Notes under the pieces: generated by a model
The model's database searches: none
What the model was told of the DNA's origin: nothing
Seen by the model: only the letters and a program-made list of their open reading frames with translations
Position numbers and translations under genes: made by a program
From: Bernardetiaceae bacterium
GTDB taxonomy: Bacteria; Bacteroidota; Bacteroidia; Cytophagales; Bernardetiaceae
Length of the DNA: 10,584 nt
Assembly (NCBI GenBank): GCA_050330455.1
Contig: JBHJNV010000034.1
Span: forward strand, 1 to 10,584
Direction: 5' to 3'
Shown here: positions 1 through 5,419 of the stretch, one piece after another
Position numbering within the stretch: the first letter of the stretch is position 1
How the letters are laid out: the number at the start of each line of letters is the position of its first letter

Positions 1-821
1 TTGATTTTTTTAATTTGATATAAGGGTTCTGCGGGTTTAGTTTCTTGTATTTTTACCCGATATTCAGGCTCAAAAATAATCTGCCTTAAACCTTCAAAAG
101 TTGGATTGGCTTTTATCCAAGTGAAATTACCTATTTCTTCTATTTTATGAGCATCAGAAGTATGCACAACAGATTTAGGAACAGCATTTTCATACCTTGA
201 TTTATCAAGAAAATGATTTCTATCTTGGCTACGCCCAAAGAAGAAATTTGCTTTTTTATCAAATATCTCAGCAATGGCAACACTTCTACCTTCTTTATTA
301 TTTGAGCGAAAACCACCGTAACCGTTTGGACAACAAACTATAAGATAGTCCTCATATTCTATAAAATCTTTTTGAAGTTGGTTTAATAAAGTTTCGTCAT
401 TTACAACAGATGTACTGAAGTCGTTGTTGCTTGTCAAATTATTACAATATGTATCTGTTTTAGTTTGCAACCTACCTAAAAAACTATGAATTGCAGTATT
501 ATCAACTCTATCAGGATTGAAAATGATATGCAAGTTGATATATTCACCACTCTTGTTAGGCTGTGCTATACGAAATTCCAAATTTGGCAAAACTAAGATG
601 TGATGCTGATTAAGCTTTGCCTTCACTGTGTTCAATTCATTTTCTGCAAAACGGAAGTAATTAGTCAAACCAATAACCCTAACTCCACTATCGACAATTC
701 TCTGACCCCAATTATCCCATTCATTATTGAATTGGTTGTTCAAGTGAGTCATTGGGCTATGCACATGCAAATCCCACTTTGCCCATTCAGAGCCTTTTGG
801 ATATGGATTGTATCTTGCCAT
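1..821 (-). CDS. N-terminal part of a PHP (polymerase/histidinol-phosphatase) phosphoesterase domain protein. Start codon at 821..819; the 3' end lies beyond the window. Possibly the PHP module of a TrlF-like SMC/AAA ATPase.
   Basis: Reverse-strand translation from the ATG at 821..819 gives MARYNPYPKGSEWAKWDLHVHSPMTHLNNQFNNEW..., uninterrupted to position 1 (~273 codons). PHP hallmarks are present: the DLHVHS first motif, a conserved His in ...YINLHIIFNPD..., and the terminal HTSDAHKIEEIG (SDAH) motif. An in-frame stop lies 4 codons upstream of the ATG. The gene sits in a markedly AT-rich block unlike the rest of the window. It is missing from the supplied ORF track only because it is open at the window edge. 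Confidence 0.7.
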   Translation of the reverse strand, partial: MARYNPYPKGSEWAKWDLHVHSPMTHLNNQFNNEWDNWGQRIVDSGVRVIGLTNYFRFAENELNTVKAKLNQHHILVLPNLEFRIAQPNKSGEYINLHIIFNPDRVDNTAIHSFLGRLQTKTDTYCNNLTSNNDFSTSVVNDETLLNQLQKDFIEYEDYLIVCCPNGYGGFRSNNKEGRSVAIAEIFDKKANFFFGRSQDRNHFLDKSRYENAVPKSVVHTSDAHKIEEIGNFTWIKANPTFEGLRQIIFEPEYRVKIQETKPAEPLYQIKKI

Positions 822-932
822 AGTTTTTTTGATTTACCTCTCACCCCAAAGCAAACATACTAAAAAACTACAGCAAACCAAAAACGCCCCTGCCCTTGCA
901 CAAAACCGCTCCATATTGCTTATCTTTGGCTG

Positions 933-1589
933 ATGAAACACGTTTCGCTTACCATCCAGGCGCCCTATACCACGTATCATGCCCTGACCCCATCCACGCG
1001 GCATATCTGGATGGCCTGTCATGGCTATGGCCAACTGGCGCGGCATTTTGTCCGTCGCTTTGATGCCCTGGAGCCACAGGAAAACTTCGTGATTGCGCCC
1101 CAGGGCTTGTCCCGTTTTTATCTCGACGACAAGTACCAGCACGTGGGTGCCTCCTGGATCACGCGGGAGGAGCGGGAGATGAGCCTCCAAAATATGTACA
1201 CTTACCTCAACGCCGTCTTTGCGGCCGAGACCGCAGAAGCCCCTGATACAGCAGGTCTTACGCTCTTTGGCTTCTCGCAGGGAGCGGCAGCCGTGATCCG
1301 CTGGGCCCTGGCGCACCAGGTGCCGTTTGAGCGGTTGTTTTTTTGGGCGGGTGGCTTCCCCGAGGAGATCACACCGCAGGATGTCCGCTACCTGAACACG
1401 GACGAGATCGAAGTAAACTTCTTTGTGGGCAGCGAAGACCCATTTTATACCCCCGAGACGCTCGAGCGGCAGATGTCTCTGTTGCAACGGGTCTTTCCGC
1501 AGGTGCGCGTGATTCCTTTTGAGGGCGCGCATGAGGTCAAGCGGGAGGTATTGGTACAGGTAGCAACGCGCCCGATGCTCTCGCGTTAG
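933..1589 (+). CDS. alpha/beta-fold hydrolase (phospholipase/carboxylesterase or FSH1-like serine hydrolase family)
   Basis: 218-aa ORF with ATG at 933. GFSQG nucleophile-elbow motif (GxSxG). N-terminal ...IWMACHGYGQ... hydrolase-core motif. C-terminal FEGAHEV consistent with a catalytic His. The overlapping 232-aa minus-strand ORF (834..1532) is taken as a shadow. Confidence 0.7.
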   Translation: MKHVSLTIQAPYTTYHALTPSTRHIWMACHGYGQLARHFVRRFDALEPQENFVIAPQGLSRFYLDDKYQHVGASWITREEREMSLQNMYTYLNAVFAAETAEAPDTAGLTLFGFSQGAAAVIRWALAHQVPFERLFFWAGGFPEEITPQDVRYLNTDEIEVNFFVGSEDPFYTPETLERQMSLLQRVFPQVRVIPFEGAHEVKREVLVQVATRPMLSR

Positions 1590-2134
1590 GCTTTCATTTT
1601 TTGGGCAAAGCTAAGGAGTGCCTGCGCAAAGGTTTCGATTTTAGAAAGAAAATCAGGGTTGATTAAAGCCCCCGTTTCGTCGATCTGTTGGGTGATCTGC
1701 CCACAGAGGAGCATCTGGGGTTGGGGATAGGCCTGCACGGCCAGGATGAGCTGTTGGAGTGCCAGGGCTGCCCGCATACCGCCCATCGCCCCCGTCGATG
1801 CTGTGGCAACGCCGATGGGTTTTCCGCCTAGCTCGTCCTTGCCCATACGATCAACGAATCCCTTGAGGGCAGAAGAGAAGCTACCGTTGTACTCTGGGCT
1901 GACCAAAATCACGGCATCGGCATTTTTTAGGTCTGTGCTGGCGGCGAGCAGTTCCGCTGATGGGTCTTCGAGTAACCGCAGGCGTTCTACGAAAGGAGGT
2001 AGGTCAAGGGCGGCTAAGTCGATCAGTTGTACCGATGTATCGGCTTGGTTTTTCAGATACTGCTCGAGAGCCAGTGCTAGGCGGTGGCTGTTGCGACCTG
2101 GACGGGTGCTGCCAGAGATGATGGCGATTTTCAT
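1586..2134 (-). CDS. NADPH-dependent FMN reductase family oxidoreductase (flavodoxin-like fold; SsuE/YieF/ArsH-type)
   Basis: 182 aa starting MKIAIISGSTRPGRNSHRLA..., followed by ...AVILVSPEYNGSFSSALKGFVDR.... This is the typical FMN_red signature (the S-x-R motif and the SPEYNGS loop). ATG confirmed at 2134..2132. Its 3' end overlaps the hydrolase stop by 4 nt (convergent). Confidence 0.85.
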   Translation of the reverse strand: MKIAIISGSTRPGRNSHRLALALEQYLKNQADTSVQLIDLAALDLPPFVERLRLLEDPSAELLAASTDLKNADAVILVSPEYNGSFSSALKGFVDRMGKDELGGKPIGVATASTGAMGGMRAALALQQLILAVQAYPQPQMLLCGQITQQIDETGALINPDFLSKIETFAQALLSFAQKMKA

Positions 2135-2181
2135 TTGGAACGATAATTGTTTTTTTTGAGGGAAAAAAAATAAAAAGACCT

Positions 2182-2724
2182 ATGAAAAAGTTGTGTGTAT
2201 TTGCCATGGCCTTCTTTTGGATTTGTTTTCAAGGACTTGCCCAACAGGTGATCCCCCTGGAAGAGAACCAATCATCCAATCAGGATGGTTTGTCGGTGGG
2301 CTTTTCGGTAACCAATGAACGCACCCAAAGCGCGGGCAAAGAAGAATTTTCACGGTACGAAATTACGGTTTATCTGACTAACCAAAGCGGTTGCCCAAAA
2401 ATTGTCTTGACCGGAACGGGCTTTCAGGGAGCTTTTGGGGGGAGTATCATGGATCCATCCGTTTTTGGGGTCTTTGATTGCATCAATGCTACGGGTCGTC
2501 GCATGACCTCCAAAAGTGCCGAAGTACGCGCCAACCAGTTTATTGTCCCCTTTGAGCGGCAAGATACCAACGCCGAAGGAAAAACGATCACGCGCACCGA
2601 GCGTGTCCAGGCAGGTTTTATTCTCCGCGATGGCGAGACCATCTCAACGGACATCATCGTTTTGGTGCCGCTCGGAGAACGCCCGAGGATACAAGCCCGC
2701 GTAACGGCATTCTCTAACCTATAA
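2182..2724 (+). CDS. hypothetical secreted protein with N-terminal signal peptide
   Basis: 180 aa beginning MKKLCVFAMAFFWICFQGLAQQ (hydrophobic signal peptide, likely AQQ cleavage region). ATG at 2182. No recognisable catalytic motif. The remainder has uniform coding-like composition. Confidence 0.55.
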   Translation: MKKLCVFAMAFFWICFQGLAQQVIPLEENQSSNQDGLSVGFSVTNERTQSAGKEEFSRYEITVYLTNQSGCPKIVLTGTGFQGAFGGSIMDPSVFGVFDCINATGRRMTSKSAEVRANQFIVPFERQDTNAEGKTITRTERVQAGFILRDGETISTDIIVLVPLGERPRIQARVTAFSNL

Positions 2725-2725
2725 G

Positions 2726-3538
2726 TTATTCATCTTCAATGATCTGTACGACACGTATCAGCGAGGAAGCACTAAAAATACCCAAACCGCCATTGCTGAT
2801 GTTGGTGCGTGGATTGACGGGTGGCGGCGAAAACAAACCACCGTCGTTGCCCGCCAGGCTCAACAGATCGCTATAATAATCGAAGACATCTTCATTGATC
2901 GAGTACTGCTCCAAAGCCACCGTATCGCCCAGATCGAAGGCGTAGGGAAGTTCTAGGTTTTCGATGTTGTCCTGGACAAAGCGATCATCGGCGAGCAAAA
3001 TATCATCGAAGCCATCAAATAGGCTGTCATTGAGATAGACCCTCCAGCGATAGAAGTTCTTTTCGTTGGGGGGTTCTTTGGCAAAAAAGTACAGGTAATA
3101 CCCGTCGTCTCGGAACGGCCGGCCGGCTACATAGCGCACCGTCAGGGAGTCGATTTGGGTAACGGGTAGGAGTTGGGAGCTAGCCCTAAAAAATTCTTCC
3201 TGGACTTGTACCGAAAGGCTATACGTGCGCCCGACCTCTCCCTTGAAGGCGGGGTCTGTGGGGACGTAAAAGCCCGGGCTGTCCTCCCGAAAGATCATTT
3301 CGTTGCCCGTATCGTCGCTTATACTCACCTGGGCCCCCGAGATGCGGGGGGCTTGCGTAGGGTTGTAGAAATCAAGAGATTGGGTAAGGATGACCCAGGA
3401 ATAGCCCACCGTATCCACGACCTGCCCTTGTATGACAACGAGCGGTTCCTCCATGCTGCGGAGGGGTAAGTCGATCACTTGTTCGCAAGCGGTGAGCAGG
3501 GTACCGATCATCAAAATCCATACAAAATAAATGCGCAT
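2726..3538 (-). CDS. DUF4249 family lipoprotein (Bacteroidota)
   Basis: 270 aa. Lipoprotein signal MRIYFVWILMIGTLLTAC (lipobox Cys). C-terminal ...NPRTNISNGGLGIFSASS... matches the conserved DUF4249 C-terminal G-L-G-x-F-x-A motif as I remember it. ATG at 3538..3536. Confidence 0.7.
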   Translation of the reverse strand: MRIYFVWILMIGTLLTACEQVIDLPLRSMEEPLVVIQGQVVDTVGYSWVILTQSLDFYNPTQAPRISGAQVSISDDTGNEMIFREDSPGFYVPTDPAFKGEVGRTYSLSVQVQEEFFRASSQLLPVTQIDSLTVRYVAGRPFRDDGYYLYFFAKEPPNEKNFYRWRVYLNDSLFDGFDDILLADDRFVQDNIENLELPYAFDLGDTVALEQYSINEDVFDYYSDLLSLAGNDGGLFSPPPVNPRTNISNGGLGIFSASSLIRVVQIIEDE

Positions 3539-3564
3539 CTGTTTTCTTGTTTTGATTACTCTTC

Positions 3565-3581
3565 TTACAAAGAGGCTTTGT
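3565..3581. repeat. perfect inverted repeat TACAAAG-agg-CTTTGTA in the divergent intergenic region upstream of the SIR2-like gene; candidate operator
   Basis: Read directly: tacaaag (3565-3571), agg (3572-3574), ctttgta (3575-3581); a 7-bp stem with a 3-nt loop. It lies ~65 bp upstream of the ATG at 3646. Confidence 0.45.
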
Positions 3582-3645
3582 AGAGCAAAAAGTTGCTTGA
3601 TGGTTCGTATTTTTTTTTTCGCTATCTTGCCTCAAATTATCATGT

Positions 3646-4752
3646 ATGCCCGTTAAGCCACCCGATCAAGTAAACTGGGATTTTATTGTAGAAACGATCC
3701 GTACCGAGCGTTGTGTGTTGATGCTAGGCCCTGAGGTGGCGCGTAATGCCGAGGGCTTATCGCTTTATCAGTCGCTCCTGGAAAGCCTCGACCTAAGCAA
3801 CCAGGCAAAGGTACGTTATTACAACGACGATGAGTTTTTTTTCTTTCGCGACCCTTTGGCCAAAACGAGGGCCGTTTTTGATATTCAGCAGTTTTATGCT
3901 CGGCATAGTCCCTCGCCGCTTTTTGAGCAAATTCTCCAAATTCCTTTCCATCTGTGTATCTCTGTTTCGCCGGACTTGATGCTGCGTCAGTCTTTTGAGC
4001 AGTACAACTTGCCCCATCGCTTCGACTACTACCGCAAGTACGAGAACCCCCAAGCGATCGAACGTCCTACGCAAGATTATCCCCTGATCTACAATCTCTT
4101 TGGTGCTATTGAGGATGATGAATCGCTGATCTTTACCCACGAAGACCTCTTCGAGTTTTTGTTCGCCATCCTGGGGGATCGGAAGCTACCACGCGGGCTG
4201 GAGAGCCAACTCCAAAGTGCCAAAAACTTTATTTTTTTGGGCTTTAAGTTCGATAAATGGTACGTTAAGTTGCTCTTGCGTTTGTTGAGTTTGCATACGG
4301 GAAACTTCTTGCGCTACGCTTCTTATAGCCAGGATTCGGTCGAGACGCTCAACTTTTGTATGGATCACTTTCGGATTGATTTCATTGACCTAAGCATGGA
4401 TGATTTTGTTCAGACCCTCTACGACCGCTGTCAGGAACGCGGGATGCTCCGCCCACTCTCGACGAGCGATACCGTACAAACGCCCTGGGAAATCATCCAG
4501 GGATACATCCGAAAAGACGAAGTGAAGGCGGCTTTGCTCAAAATCGAAAGCTACCTAGCTCCCCTGCCCCAGGAGGAGGAACTCCTCACGACGCTCACCC
4601 TGCTGATGAGCCGCTACAACCGCCTCCAGCGAAAGATCACCAATGGGGTCATCGACGAGGACGAATCCGAACGCCAACTCAACCGCATCAAACAAGATGT
4701 CCTTAGCCTCGGGGAAGCCCTCCAGGAAATACTTGAAGAACAGCAGCTATAG
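3646..4752 (+). CDS. SIR2_2-like (ThsA/DSR-type sirtuin-fold, putative NAD+-consuming effector) protein with a C-terminal alpha-helical effector-associated-domain-like module
   Basis: 368 aa with ATG at 3646. Motif matches to the SIR2_2 family, with the first two motifs in canonical order:
- N-terminal ...WDFIVETIRTERCVLMLGPEVA... corresponds to '...vvlFlGAGvS'.
- ...PLIYNLFGAIEDDESLIFTHEDLFEFL... corresponds to 'iyKLHGs.....lvlTeeDY..f'.
- ...NFIFLGFKFDKWYVKLLLR... corresponds to 'lLFiGySl.D..i..ll'.
The C-terminal ~90 aa (PWEIIQGYIRKDEVKAALLKIESYL...LLMSRYNRLQRKITNGVIDEDESERQLNRIKQDVLSLGEALQE) is an all-helical module. Its 'SRYNRLQRK..G.I..DE...E.NRI' pattern recalls the effector-associated domains of conflict-system effectors. 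Confidence 0.65.
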   Translation: MPVKPPDQVNWDFIVETIRTERCVLMLGPEVARNAEGLSLYQSLLESLDLSNQAKVRYYNDDEFFFFRDPLAKTRAVFDIQQFYARHSPSPLFEQILQIPFHLCISVSPDLMLRQSFEQYNLPHRFDYYRKYENPQAIERPTQDYPLIYNLFGAIEDDESLIFTHEDLFEFLFAILGDRKLPRGLESQLQSAKNFIFLGFKFDKWYVKLLLRLLSLHTGNFLRYASYSQDSVETLNFCMDHFRIDFIDLSMDDFVQTLYDRCQERGMLRPLSTSDTVQTPWEIIQGYIRKDEVKAALLKIESYLAPLPQEEELLTTLTLLMSRYNRLQRKITNGVIDEDESERQLNRIKQDVLSLGEALQEILEEQQL

Positions 4753-4757
4753 CCACC

Positions 4758-5132
4758 ATGGAAAGCACCTTGCATTTGGCAGATAACCTGCGTTGGCTGC
4801 GCCAGGAACACGACCTAACCCAGGATCAGCTGGCCCAGATACTCGACCTCAAGCGCAACACCATCACGGCTTATGAGAGCCAAAGAAGCCTACCGCCCCT
4901 GCCCATCTTGATTCGTTTGGCGGGATACTTTCAGGTGAGCATCGACCATCTCTTATTCTGGGACTACAAAGCCGATGCCCCCATAGATGATACACCTGCC
5001 GCTTCCGAACGCGAAACCTTGCGCCAGCACTACGAAGCCTTACAGATCGCGTACCTACGTCAGGAGATTCACTGCCGCCAGGAGATCATACGCCTCAAAG
5101 AAGAACTCCAACAACTCAAGGGCGATCTTTGA
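4758..5132 (+). CDS. XRE/Cro-C1-family helix-turn-helix transcriptional regulator with a C-terminal coiled-coil
   Basis: 124 aa. The ATG at 4758 lies 5 nt after the SIR2-like stop (TAG 4750-4752), so the two genes are probably co-transcribed. LRWLRQEHDLTQDQLAQILDLKRNTITAYESQRSLPPLPILIRLAGYFQVSIDHLLF is a textbook HTH_XRE. The C-terminus ETLRQHYEALQIAYLRQEIHCRQEIIRLKEELQQLKGDL has heptad-like coiled-coil character. Confidence 0.75.
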   Translation: MESTLHLADNLRWLRQEHDLTQDQLAQILDLKRNTITAYESQRSLPPLPILIRLAGYFQVSIDHLLFWDYKADAPIDDTPAASERETLRQHYEALQIAYLRQEIHCRQEIIRLKEELQQLKGDL

Positions 5133-5328
5133 GCGGGCAGGTATTGACCCCAATCAGGGTGTATAGCCCACAAAAGCGAACCGTCGCCGTGGCGGCCAGG
5201 GCAATGCCCCCAACCAAGACAACCCAGCCTAGGGTTCCGGCAACGACTCCACTGGCGTACAAGACCACCAAGATAAGGGCTACGGCGTAGCGGATCAGTC
5301 GGTCTATTTTTCCTACGTTTGTTTGCAT
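5116..5328 (-). CDS. DUF2892 (YgaP-like) small membrane protein
   Basis: 70 aa, MQTNVGKIDRLIRYAVALILVVL...TVRFCGLYTLIGVNTCP. It has two hydrophobic helices plus the conserved C-P/G-L-Y...G..TC motif of the DUF2892 family. ATG at 5328..5326. Its 3' end overlaps the HTH gene's 3' end by 17 nt (convergent). Confidence 0.65.
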   Translation of the reverse strand: MQTNVGKIDRLIRYAVALILVVLYASGVVAGTLGWVVLVGGIALAATATVRFCGLYTLIGVNTCPLKDRP

Positions 5329-5419
5329 GGCATGATTGTTTCAGAAATGGTTTAAGCGAAAGTACAAAAAAAATATGACTTACCCCAAAGACAGTCTGTA
5401 GGCCGCTTTGGCGGTTTGG

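Noticed and set aside
600-863. 87-aa plus-strand ORF inside the low-GC block
   Set aside because: It lies antisense to the much longer, motif-bearing PHP-domain ORF, and its low-complexity hydrophobic peptide has no features. It is a shadow ORF.
834-1532. 232-aa minus-strand ORF fully overlapping the alpha/beta-hydrolase gene
   Set aside because: No recognisable motifs and an Arg/Gly/Leu-rich composition typical of antisense frames in GC-rich DNA. The plus-strand frame carries a clear GxSxG hydrolase signature.
1746-2207. Plus-strand 137-aa and minus-strand 67-aa ORFs overlapping the FMN-reductase gene and its upstream region
   Set aside because: They are antisense or out-of-frame to a high-confidence FMN_red CDS, and their peptides are Ser/Arg/Ala-rich low complexity.
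3793-4368. Minus-strand ORFs of 115 aa and 60 aa inside the SIR2-like gene
   Set aside because: They are embedded antisense in a CDS with strong family motifs and have no start-context or motif support.
5329-5419. Short CCGC-tttg-GCGG hairpin followed by TTTGGTT, a candidate intrinsic terminator between the M50 and DUF2892 genes
   Set aside because: A 4-bp stem is too weak. The T-rich tail is on the plus strand, where no gene ends. If the minus-strand genes are co-transcribed, no terminator is expected here.
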